From: Mobula hypostoma
Lineage: Eukaryota
Length of the DNA: 64,000 nucleotides
Assembly: GCF_963921235.1 (NCBI RefSeq)
Contig: NC_086118.1
Coordinates: forward strand, 31,124,001 to 31,188,000
Direction: 5' to 3'
In this document: positions 49,570 to 60,889 of the stretch, piece after piece
How positions within the stretch are numbered: position 1 is the first letter of the stretch
Layout of the letters: every line of letters starts with the position of its first letter
Position numbers and translations under genes: made by a program
The notes under the pieces: model-generated
What the model was told of the DNA's origin: nothing
The model's input: only the letters and a program-made list of their open reading frames with translations
Database searches by the model: none

Positions 49570-50325
49570 ACAATCATGCCCCCAGTTCTAATCAACAAGC
49601 TTCAAAACTTGTACCTCCCTCTGTAACTGGATCCTCGACTTCCTCACTGGGAAAGCACAGTCTGTGCCAATTGGAAATAACATCTCCTCCTTGCTAACAA
49701 TTAACACCGGCATAACTCAAGGAAGTATGCGTAGCCTGCTGCTCTACTCTCTCTATACCCATGACTGTGAGGCTAGCCACAGCTCAAATGCCATCTAGAG
49801 ATTTGCTGACAACAAAACTATTTCTGGCAGAATTTCAGATGGTGATGAGGCGGCATACAGGAGTGAGATAGACGTGTTGGTTGAGTGGTGTCACAACAAC
49901 AATTTTGCACTCAACATCAGTAAGACCAAGGAATTGATTGTGGACTTAAGGGGAAGAGGAGGGAACAAACTACAGTCCTCATTGAGGGATCAGAAGCGGA
50001 AAGAATGAGCAGTTTCAAGTTCCTGGGTGTCAACATCTCTGAGGATCTAACCTGTGGCTAATGTACTGATGCAATTACAAAGAAAGCATAACAGCAGCTA
50101 TATTACATTAGGACTTTGAGGAGAATTGGTATGTCACCAAAAACACTCACAAATTTCTACAGATGTATCAGGGAGAGCAGGTAGGTAGGGACCACTGTAG
50201 AGGATCAGAAAAGGAGGAGGAGAAAATAGTTTTCTTTTAATATAGTGTATTGCAATGTACTGTTGCTCCAAAACAACAAACATCATGACATATGCCAGTG
50301 ATATTAACCTGACAAATTCTGATTC
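49570..50325 (+). mobile_element. Degenerate Rex1/Babar fragment
   Basis: CTCTGTAACTGGATCCTCGACTTCCTC and CTCAACATCAGTAAGACCAAGGAATTG, homologous to the 2600-3950 and 37825-38941 copies. Confidence 0.8.
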
Positions 50326-53300
50326 CCCCTGTGGGTGAAAACACCTGTTTTCATATCTCCTCTCTAATCCTTCAGTCCCCCTAATTACTTTAAAATCAAT
50401 TCTCACTGCTTGTTCCTCCCTTTACTAAGGGAAATGGAGTAAATTAAGACCTATCTCAAACATCAACCTTAAACATCCTTGGAAAAAAAATGGTAGAAAT
50501 AGTGAAAAATATCAGGAGTTGAACGATGAAAGACAAACTGAAGGATGGTCTAATTTCCTGTTGAACTATGCAAGACCAAATCAACTTTTAAAATTACAAA
50601 TTGCTCAATGAAGCAAGATTCCAGTAATTTCCACTCAACAGGTTTAATTGAAGAAATGGGGACAGAATATGAAAATCATGGTTACAAGCCAAGTTCAGGA
50701 AATTTTGTTCAGGAAAAAGTTAAAGTTCACAAGAAAAATGTAGCAAGACATTGACACAAATAATGGGGGGGGGGGAGAAGAAGTACTTTTGCAGCGTGGG
50801 AACAGAGAGAGTTTTATGACTCTCAAGAGATTATTTTGAATCAAACATTTTTCCAAAAAAAAAAAAAAATTTGAAGAGTGAGGAAGGACTGTGGCTTTTC
50901 CAACTAAAATAACCTACAGATTAAATTGCTGGGTAATAGACATTTGTACACAAAACACTAAATTTGCACACCAGATGAACTTGTGCCATTTGAAACTGAT
51001 TTTTTTCATAATTTTGTGAAATCCTATTAAAAATACTTTAAATAAGAGGACAACACTAATATTCATAGAAGGGGATAATTTGTGCAGGCCAACACTTTGA
51101 AATAAAACAAATTTAAGTACATAGAAATAAAACAAAAGGTCCGATATAAACCTCACATTGCAAACAACTATCACCTGAAAAGTAGCACTAATGGAGACAT
51201 GCAATACAAATGATGCAATCTGTATCATGGGGAATAAACATTAACAATTCAAATTAATAATAGAACTACTGGAATATTGCTGCCCAACAAAATATTCCCA
51301 TAGTTTCCCAATTTATTCTAAATCTGAACCATCAGAATTCTGCTGCCGTGTCATCCAGTATAAACTAGTTATTGAAATGTCAACTAAAGAAAGCTGGTTT
51401 TTGAAGTATCTGTACATTGCAATGGCTGCCTTATCGCACAGAATAAGGGTAGAACAAATGGGAGAATTTAACTTGCCTTAATGGGAAGGAAAAGGCAAAA
51501 TAGTACAGGGAGGAAAAAAAAATCACACAGAAGCATGCATTTAAAGAAAGTGCACCCTGAAATAAATAATTAGCCACGGAAATGTGAATAATGCAGTCTA
51601 TAATATATCAGTTACTTCTCGTCAAAAAGAAACTACAACACACCATGGAATTATTCCACTAAAACAATGATTCTAAACAGATTTAAAAACATGTATATAA
51701 ATGGAATATTTTGCTTTTTTAAAAAAAAAACATTATCCTGCACTGCTACTGTTCACTCAGGACATGCCGCCAAATTTTAGGATGTGGGTTACTATGCACA
51801 ACCAAGCTTTAAATATTGTGGACAATGAGCTTGCTGAATCTGCTTTCATCAAAAATAGCGACAAAATAATGGCTCTGAATTTGACTACTTTAGAGGCTTT
51901 TGATTAAAGATTAAGGAAAATCAGATTATTCCAACTGTCTACAATTCATGCAGGCTCAATGCCATTCTTTTGAACATCCTAATTACAAAGGGAGCATAAT
52001 GCCTTACACAGCATTCAACATGTAACAGCACAGATTCCAAGTTTTTCACTGCAAGTAAAGACCAACAAGATATCTGGCTTCATTGAAAATGAGCGATATG
52101 ATCCAGCAATTCAAAATACTGAAAGACACAAACAGTGAAAGATGCAAAACACTAGCTTAATGCAGGAGTTAAAATCTCCTAAATAGCGAATGGGGAGGAT
52201 AGTTGATTAACCTACAGCAAACTAGGTCATGATCATGGAAAACAACTGAGTCACATAGAATACATGTGATTCGTTTATGGATCAACAGGAAATTGAATAA
52301 AGAAGCAGTTAGAGAAAGTCAAAATATGCTTTGTTGACACAAACATTATTTCTTTCAGACATGCATATTTTTGACTGTTCTCAATTTGTTGCAAGTGTTT
52401 TTTTTTATAAACCAAGTCATGTTAGTCAGGCAGAATTAAGCACCCATAGCCACAGTGTAGATATAATGAGGTAATTGACCAAATACTGTGAAACATGAAC
52501 ACGAAGCTTAAGCAGTTGGAGCTCAAACTCTTTACTCAAACTAGTGGTATCTTTGCACAAATACAAAGTTATCAAGGTCAATTTTTAGCATCTTCATAAA
52601 TGACGGGATTTAATTTATTTCTCAATTTGCCATGGTGAGACACAAATTCGCAATGTGTACTACTAGAGCCACTGGATACCATATGTTCCAAAGTAAAAAG
52701 ATGGTTAAATTAATGCATCCTTTTATTAAAGGGTGAAATTCCCACTGTAACTGTTCAGAGCTTCTGCAAAGGCACAGTAAAATACAATTCCCTTCAACAT
52801 CTCTCAATAGAATTATAAAGCTAATAATAATTTCTGCTGCCAATGATTATTCAGTGGCAACAATGAAAGGAAAATGAATATGTAAAAATACAAACTATCC
52901 ATAATGGCTTTAATCAAATAAAACTGTTTTCACTCATATCTGATGGAGGCTTGCTTCTGTTTGAAGAACAAGTCCACATTTCTCAGACTGATGAGAAAGA
53001 ATTGAGAAGAATGAAAAAAAAAATCACATTGCTAATCACTTTTTTCAACTATTCAACAAAAATCAAATCAAGTTAGTCCAAAACTTTCAAGTGGAATCAC
53101 TGGTTAGGTGCAGTACAATGCCTGTGTCAGATTTCAGATTTACACAATGAATATTGCAATACAGAACAGTGGTAATGTTAAGAAAAGGTCACTGTGAAAT
53201 TTTCAACTTCAAATCAAAAAATCAGTTACAAGATTAAATCTGATTAGTTGTTCAAGTCAGAAAGATTATTATAGAGATCTTCTCTTAATGCTTTTCCCTT

Positions 53301-53343
53301 TGCATTTTGCTCATGTTGCTCAAAGCTTAAAGGAAATTCTGAC

Positions 53344-53423
53344 CTGCAGCTGCTACCCCAATGACGACTGAAGCCAAGTAAAAGGACCATGTGAATGGCT
53401 CAATGAAAACTGCAATATAAGCA
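53344..53423 (-). CDS. MFSD11: MFSD11 coding exon 4
   Basis: AYIAVFIEPFTWSFYLASVVIGVAAA. ttttcAG / GTCAG. 80 nt. Confidence 0.95.
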
Positions 53424-54650
53424 CTGAAAAAGAAAGAAAATTCAAGATAAAAAAATAAATACACCTAGATGCAATTTCTTTAAGTGCAATCTTTCCATTA
53501 AAGACAGGATTGTGTGAAATACTTCGATTACAGGCGGATGATATGGAACTGAAACCCCTCTCCAAAATGAACAATATTTTAGCTTTTCATCAAGTACTTA
53601 TTTTCTTAGTTGTCTGTCTGCTGCACCCACAACATCTCCCTTATAGACCATACTGGTACACCCAAATCAAAACATTGTCAAGAATAATTTTCTTGTCTTG
53701 GGAGTAGTAAATATGCCAGTTATATATTTAATTGTTTCCTGTACCTGTACATTAATTTTATAGTGTGCACAAAGATTGCATACCAATATTAACTTTTCAC
53801 ACCAATGTGAATAAACTCTAAGTTCCTCAAAGCATATTCCTTCTGTCATCATTTTGCCCAGCCACTTAACAGGTTAACCCCTTTGCAATCTCTACCTAAT
53901 CCTGTTTTATATCAGCAGCAAACTTAGAATACTTTACACCTCGTGACTTCATCTCATTCATTATATAGACCATATATAGCCACATCTCTCATCCCATGCG
54001 GGAGTCAATTAATACCTCCATTTTAGTCACAAAAAAATTACGTTATTTTTTCCCTCAGGTTTCTGTCCATTAACCAATCCATATATCAAACCTAATTTTT
54101 ATCCTACAAACTGATGTTACTTTACTGAATTCTTTCTGAAAACCTTAAAAACTAGAATCACTATTTCTTCCTCATGTATATCAATTATTAACTGTAAAAA
54201 CACGAATGCAAAAGCAGCAGAAAATTCTCAGTTAGATTTCAAAACTATCACTATACCTGAAAATACTTATTGACAGCAGCAATCCAAATACTTATGTTGC
54301 TGGATATTTACACAAAAGAGTGCTAAGAAAATTGGTAAAGGCAAACAAACTTTAATTTCGTTTTATTCCAATTTTTTTTAATCCAATAGATAAAAAAGCA
54401 AATTGTACGCAAGATAATTAACAAGATTACTGAACTTTGATAAAACTTAAGAGTCATATTAGTAGTGGGGTTCTTCTATCTGCTTTGTAGAAAACTATCT
54501 GCCTTTTCAAAATAATTAAACAATTTTATGCACTCTACATAAAAATGTTACTTGGGAAATGATTTTGAAAAATGCAAAAATGATTGTAGTGCAAGGTGCA
54601 GGTTGGACTGAGAGAAACATAGACAAGAATATGGACATGATTAAACTCAC

Positions 54651-54758
54651 CTGTACACTAATCCAGAAAGGAACATGGAAAGTCGATATCCCAAAAGAGC
54701 AACAATTGATGGAGTCAACAAATTGGAAGCAGAAAACACAGTATAAATTATGGCCAAA
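54651..54758 (-). CDS. MFSD11: MFSD11 coding exon 3
   Basis: LAIIYTVFSASNLLTPSIVALLGYRLSMFLSGLVY. ttatAG / GTGAGT. 108 nt. Confidence 0.95.
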
Positions 54759-54997
54759 CTATAAGAAACACAAGTCAATGTTAGCATAATATTTCATTGG
54801 AAATAATTATATCCCCTACTATATTTAATATGAATAAAAGAACAGCAACTGAAACATACATTAAATTTACTTCTCAATAGTAGATGAAATAGTACAAATT
54901 ATACTTCAATGAAGGTGTGTAAAGGGTAGGATTAATAGCTCAGTGTCAGAAAAATCTTAATAAAGTATATTCCATAGAAGAAAATAACCAAAAAAAC

Positions 54998-55053
54998 CTG
55001 GTATAGCCACTTCCATGAAACCGAGTGCTATTGATACTCTTGATGACGGTTTG
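54998..55053 (-). CDS. MFSD11: MFSD11 coding exon 2
   Basis: QTVIKSINSTRFHGSGYT(S). ttaacAG acceptor, GTTTTT donor. 56 nt, phase fits neighbours. Confidence 0.93.
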
Positions 55054-55855
55054 CTGTTAAATAAAAATTAATATTTGAATTAAAAAAATAGCATTCTTCC
55101 CATCACTCAGTAATATCTTCTACATTTATCCTAGTATTTCACAGCTATGCCCTTTAGCAATGGAAGCTTCTGATATCTTTTAGCTCTCTGGAAAAATGAC
55201 TCCATATTCATTATGACTGTTTTTTATTTAGGCACAACTGTTTTGGCAAATATGTTCATCTAATTCGAAAGAATTATTTGCAAGTAATTGATATTTACTA
55301 GAACTGGAACGTTATTTGTTTAGTTGCTGCAATCAATCTTCTAAATTACAAAAAGATGCATCAATAGGGAGGTATAATCTACCAAATACCAATGCAAGTT
55401 TGAAAATATTTCGATGAGAGACTTCTGAAAAAATTACATTTTGCTTGTTTTTACTACACTCAATTCATGAAATAGATTAGTTGAAGCTTTCAGTTGAGAT
55501 GAAGAACACTAGTGCTACAAATTGTATGTAGAAGATACAAGAGGTCAAAATAATTGGATCTTCAACGATGACAAGGTAAGACCACAGTAAAAAGACAAAC
55601 AGATTAGTTGGACAGATGCAAGAGAGGCTGACAGAATATTAACTATAAGGGGAGTGGCACAGAGCTAACAGTTTAACATTGTTCAATACTTTTCTTCCTA
55701 ACCCTTAAATGCAAGACCTCTGAAAAACCAAGAAAATGTTGATCTTGTGAAATTTAGTTTTGACTAGAAATCAATATCCACAAAAGCCAGCTTTTCAGTT
55801 GCAAACCCACAAAAGTACTTTCGTTGCTCAAATGATCATTAACGAATTCCATATA

Positions 55856-57368
55856 CAATGCCTTGAAAAAGCATTTAGCCCCCACAACTACTTTCATATT
55901 GTCTCATTTTCTAAATTTAAAATATATTGAAGTAGGGTGGCTTTGAACTAGTCTACAAAACATGATGCATCATGTCAAATCAAAAGATAAAATTCCAAAC
56001 CTGTCAACAATTCACTAAAAATTAAAAATCAAAATTGTGAGGCCGATACAGTATTCATCCCCTTTGTATTTACTATGCCATTTGCTCAGGTGTAATATAT
56101 TAGCTTACCAACTCACCATGTTTGATGATGTAGAAAATTGGAGGATCACTTGTTTTCAATGAATTAATTAGGATACTGCCTCTCTCTGCAAGGTCCAACA
56201 GTATGGTAGATTTTCAACAGACCGTACGAAAATGAAGACAAAAGAGCATTCAAGACAAATCAGGGGAGTGAAAATAGAGAAGCACTAATCTGGGGAAAGC
56301 TGTCCCTCAGAGCTCAGTGCAATCATGAAAAAGTTGGGGGGGGGGGTAATGTGGAACCACTGCCTCACCGTAGAGGCAAGGCCACATTAGTTGCCAGAGA
56401 AGAATGGCACTTGTAAGAGGCTACCATAACTCCAACAGTCACTCTGAGTGAGCTGAAGTCAGTGGCTACAAATGATTTTCATAGCTTCACAATCTTAAAG
56501 CCCTTGTACAAAAAAAGTATGGAAGTGTGGCAAGGAAGAAGCCCTGGCTAAAAAGAAAAAGCATATCCTTGCCCATAGAGACTTTTCAAAACGTCACTTA
56601 GAAGATATTGAAAAGATGTGGAGGAAGGTCTTGTGGTCAGATGAAACTAAAGCAGAACTTTTTGGCCTCAGCACAAAGCGGTACGTGTGGCGTAAATCCT
56701 ATACAGCCAGGTAAAACCATCCCTACTGTAAAGTATGGGGATGTTTTTCACCACCAGGGACTGGAAATCCGGTCAGGATTGGTGGAAATATTAATGCTGC
56801 TAAACACAGCAAGATCCTGGATAAAAACCAGCTAGCCACTGCCAAAAAGCTTAAAATAGGGAGGAAGCTCATCTTTCAGCAGGACAACCCAAAGCGCACA
56901 GCCAGAACAACTACAGAATGGCTTCAAATGAAGAAAATTGATGTCCCTGAGTAGTCCAGTCAGAGACCTACCCTTGAACCACTTGAACATCTCTGGCAAG
57001 ATCTCAAGATTGCTGTCCACTATTACTCCCTAACTAACGTGAAACAGCTTGAACAATTTCGCGAGGAGGAATGGGCAAAGTCTGCTCTGTCACACTGTGC
57101 AAAGCTATCTTACCTGAAAATACTACTGGCTATAATAGCTGCGAAAGGTGATTCAACTAAGCACTGAGCAAATGGGAAACTGCTAACATGTCAGTTTTTG
57201 AATTTTTAGCTTTTTCTGCTTTACAATTTTTCCTGCTTTTTGAGCCCTATGAAAAAGAAGCACGTGATTCATAAATAAAAATTCCCAGTAAAACTGATTA
57301 AAATCCCTGGTTGTAATACTCATTTTTGTGAACAAAGCGTTGGGGCTGAACACTTTCACAAGGCAGGG
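55856..57368 (+). mobile_element. Degenerate Tc1 transposon in MFSD11 intron 1
   Basis: TA|CAATGCCTTGAAAAAG...CTTTCACAAGGCAGGG|TA imperfect TIRs. Transposase remnants WSDETK, PTVKYG, FQQDNPK, P.EHLW. Confidence 0.85.
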
Positions 57369-57568
57369 TACAGTCTATTTTCTGAACAATTAAGTACTGA
57401 CTTTTCACTGGATATAAATAGTTTGGGGATGTACATTAAGGGAGCGGATATAGTGTATAAACAGAAGTTACAGCAAAGGTCTTTATCATCAATATAAAAT
57501 CCTTACAAACTTAATTACTACTTAATGATAAATATACCTAGATTCAAGTCAAAGCCGAAAATACTCAC

Positions 57569-57664
57569 CTCAATATTACCGCAAGTTTGAAACGCAGTGA
57601 AAACGAACATAAAAGCAAATCCCAAAATTATAACATTCGTTAATTTCCATCCTTCTGGCGTCAT
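57569..57664 (-). CDS. MFSD11: MFSD11 (UNC93-like MFS transporter) coding exon 1
   Basis: Translates MTPEGWKLTNVIILGFAFMFVFTAFQTCGNIE, matching the MFSD11 N-terminus (FTAFQTCGN). 96 nt, followed by GTGAGT donor. Confidence 0.95.
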
Positions 57665-58439
57665 GACTAAAGACACTAGTTAGATTTTATGTCTTTCAAC
57701 GCTGTGAAATAAATTAAACCTCACTCAACTGCAGACCTGCTCTAAAAGTGAATTACCCTCCCCAGAAACCAAGATCAGCAGGTGACCGGAAGCGTCGTGC
57801 GCATGCGCACGCGCCCTGGTCTCGTGCTATTTAAGTTTCTCCTCAGATGTAACGCTGTGTTAATAGTCCGTATTTAAGCATCACTGGTTAGATTTTAATG
57901 TCTTTACACGCTGTGAAGTAAATTAAATCTCACTCAAACGCCGATCTGCTCTAAAAGTGATTTACCTTCCCCAGAGACCAAGATCAGCGGATGACCGAGA
58001 GCGTCGTGCGCAGGCGCCAGGGTCTCACGCTGTTTAAGTTTCTACTTAACTGTAAACTGTGTTAATAATCGGTATTCAAACAGGCGGATAATATAGTGGC
58101 ATTTTGCAACTTTTTTTAAGGCTTGTGTTTTTTTTTGAACAAATATACTGTAATATTAAAACTACAAGATCCCGGAGGGGTCACGCTCTAATTATTTATT
58201 TCCAATATTTGGAACTGAAAAAAACTTTAAAAAAGTTTCGGGAAAGATTGTTTTAATTGATAAAAATATATATATATTTTGGAGGGAGGAGTTATGTTGT
58301 GGGTGAGGATCTACTTCCGGGTCAAGCGCCACCATCTTGTGATTGTGCTGGGTTCGGCCGTCGGTTTGTGTTGGGTTGCTCCGGGCTGTCTTCAACCCGT
58401 TTAATTTCGCCTCGTCAAATAAAGCGAATCTCAGTGAGG
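57665..58439. promoter_or_regulatory. Bidirectional MFSD11/SRSF2 promoter and 5'UTRs
   Basis: Lies between divergent start codons and is locally CpG-rich. ETS CCGGAAG at 57786-57792; NRF1 palindrome CGTGCGCATGCGCACG at 57796-57811; second GCGCAGGCGC at ~58008; ACTTCCGG ETS at ~58313; YY1-like CCATCTT at ~58332. Confidence 0.85.
57674..58082. repeat. Diverged tandem duplication, 2 x ~205 bp, within the promoter
   Basis: Copy 1 (57674-57881) and copy 2 (57882-~58082) align throughout, e.g. GTTAGATTTTA, TGCTCTAAAAGTGA, ACCAAGATCAGC, TTTAAGTTTCT, CTGTGTTAATA. Confidence 0.92.
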
Positions 58440-58792
58440 ATGAGTTACGGGAGGATGCCGCCGGATATCGAAGGAATGACTTCGCTGAAGGTGGACAACT
58501 TGACGTACCGCACGTCCCCCGAGACGCTGAAGCGCGTGTTCGAGAAGTACGGTAAAGTGGGCGACGTCTACATCCCCCGCGACCGCTTCACGCGTGAGAG
58601 CCGCGGTTTCGCCTTCGTCCGCTTCCACGACAAGCGCGACGCCGAGGATGCCATCGACGCCATGGATGGCGCCGTGTTGGACGGCAGGGAGCTGCGGGTG
58701 CAGATGGCCCGCTACGGTCGGCCTGCCGAGTCGCACCGCAGGGGGGGATCGTCTCGTCGGTACGCGGGCGCTTACGGCAGGAGAAGCCGCAG
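58440..58792 (+). CDS. SRSF2: SRSF2 (SC35) coding exon 1, RRM domain
   Basis: [27 protein letters not shown]...RGFAFVRF...[12 protein letters not shown], near-identical to the SRSF2 RRM. CpG-rich. Ends AG|GTTGGT. Confidence 0.97.
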
Positions 58793-59632
58793 GTTGGTGG
58801 GACTCCTCTCCCCTAAGGGTGGGGGGGGGTATTCGCACGGTTTTATGAAGTGAGAATTACCCTATCTTTATATTTGCAAGGACACGGAGAGTGAAGCTTT
58901 CTAGGTAGAAAAGTTAGATCGAGTTCAAACCTGTAATTCCCTCAAAAGGCAAAAGAGTAGAATTGGGCTGTTCGGCCCGTCGGTTTTTTTCCGGCATTCC
59001 ATCGTGGCTGATTTAAACCCATTCCCCTGTCTTCTCCTAGTAACCTTTGATGCCCTTCATATCAGGAGCCTATCAACATTTACTTGGCCTCCTCAGCCGC
59101 CAGAGGCAATGGGTTCCATTCTTAGGGAAATAGCAGTTTCCAGAGTAGATTGTAGGGTCGGCACAACATTGTGGGCTGAAGGGCCTGTAAGGTGCTGCAG
59201 ATTTCCATGTTCGCCCCACAGGTATTTTCAGAATTTTATAAAATGAAGTCAGCAGTACATGCTGAACAAATTTTTATTTCTGGTAGTTCTGAAAAGATAA
59301 TGTGGAGTTTCTTGAAGCCAGTACCAAACCTACAGTTTTTTTGAGTGATTGCAGCGGGTTTCTTCTGTGAGATTTGTTTTCTTCTTTTTATTTTAGCTAT
59401 GCTATCAAATAGACGCCGTAATGAGGGAGGCAATGTTTTATCAGGCGCGCCTCTCGAAACATTGAAATTCAATATTTTGTTTCATTTTTCATGATAAGCA
59501 TGTACTCCTCGAGTCTGGCTATAATGCTTTTCATGTTGTGGCTGAACTCGTACTATGAGCTATTGAAGTATTGTGTTCTTTAAAAAGTTTTGTTGATGTT
59601 TACGTCATCGTAATCAACAATTTAGTAGAAAG

Positions 59633-59756
59633 ATGAAGGGTCTCGGCCCGAAAAGTCGATACTACTCTTTTCCGTAGATGCTGCCTGGCCTGCTGAGTTC
59701 CTCTAGCATTTTGTGGGTGTTGCTTGGATTTCCAGCATCTGCAGATTTTCTCTTGT
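59633..59756 (+). mobile_element. Short Penelope-like terminal derivative in SRSF2 intron 1
   Basis: ATGAAGGGTCTCGGCCCGAAAAGTCGA...GATGCTGCCTGGCCTGCTGAGTTCCTCTAGCATTTTG...CCAGCATCTGCAGATTTTCTC. Confidence 0.8.
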
Positions 59757-60606
59757 TTTCCACAACGTTACAAACGGTTTAAGTGTGGGGGGAGGGGCGC
59801 CTGGCGGCAACAGCCCTTTGTTGGGACGAGAGGGAGGTAAATGTTAATCGGAAAGTATCCATACAATTTTCATTGAGTTTATTTCCTTAATCCGTTATAC
59901 ATCGTTAGTTGGAAGTTTCATTTTTAGTGGATTGATGTTTTTATCTTGGTTCACTTTTGTTGATCCTTATGTCTATTGAGTGTGGTTGCATGTTTTGTTC
60001 ATTGAGTTTGATTGTGTGTAAGTGCTTTATGCATTTTTGATGGAGTAGCGTGCTTCCTGCCATTAGAAGCTCCTGTTAATCAATGCAAACTTTTTTTGTG
60101 AAGTTGATAAATTATTTTCTGTGATGTGTTTCAGTTCATATCCAAGTAATGCACAGAAGTTTTTTTCATTATTGTATTCAAACAATGAGGCCGGTGACTA
60201 AAAAATTTCAGTGGAAGTCGGGATCTTGTTGATCATGTGGAAAATAAACTTGTACTTTGTTAGAAAAAGATAATTAATAATCCTGTTTCAAATGTAACTG
60301 TGAATTATATGTGTGGAGTTTGGATAAAACAAAGTTCATTCTAGTCAGCATCGACTTGTTGGGCTGAAGGACTGTATTGTGCTGTATTGCTATCTGACTA
60401 TTGGTTATGCTGTGGATAGATGTTCTGCCAATACTTGGTTTTGCTTCATGTGCAGATAAATTATTCAGATGAGCAAGTTCATGAAATGAGAGTTTATTTT
60501 CTGTAATAGGAAATTAGCAACAGCTTTGTCTATTCATCACTATTTAGTACTTGATTTTCCTTCAGTTCTGTGCATTTTCATCATTTAAGATATCCTTTGT
60601 TTCTAG

Positions 60607-60889
60607 TCCTAGAAGACGCCGCCGATCTCGTACGAGATCCAGAAGTAAAAGCCGAAGTAGGTCAAGATCTCGTTACAGCAGGTCCAGATCGCGTTCATTT
60701 TCTCGATCGAGATCTCGTTCCAAGTCTAGATCTGTTAAAAGATCAAGGTCAAAGTCGAAGTCGAGATCAAGGTCCAGGTCACGATCTAGAAGTATATCAC
60801 GGATGTCTCAAGGGTCAAAGTCAAAATCCAGATCCAAGACACCAATTAATTCAACTTCTCCACAGAAAGATGGAATTGAATCTCCGTAA
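60607..60889 (+). CDS. SRSF2: SRSF2 coding exon 2, RS domain and stop
   Basis: tttctAG acceptor. (S)[26 protein letters not shown]...ESP*. Joins exon 1 in phase to give 636 nt = 211 aa. Confidence 0.96.

Noticed and set aside
58257-58439. 61-codon in-frame extension upstream of the SRSF2 ATG (198-aa ORF in the track)
   Set aside because: It starts at a non-ATG codon in promoter/5'UTR sequence. Homology begins exactly at MSYGR (58440).
58343-58848. Overlapping and antisense ORFs over SRSF2 exon 1
   Set aside because: Expected by-products of GC-rich coding sequence, with no recognisable motifs.
60620-60840. Tandem AGATCN/AGGTCN repeats
   Set aside because: Fully explained by RS-domain codons of SRSF2.
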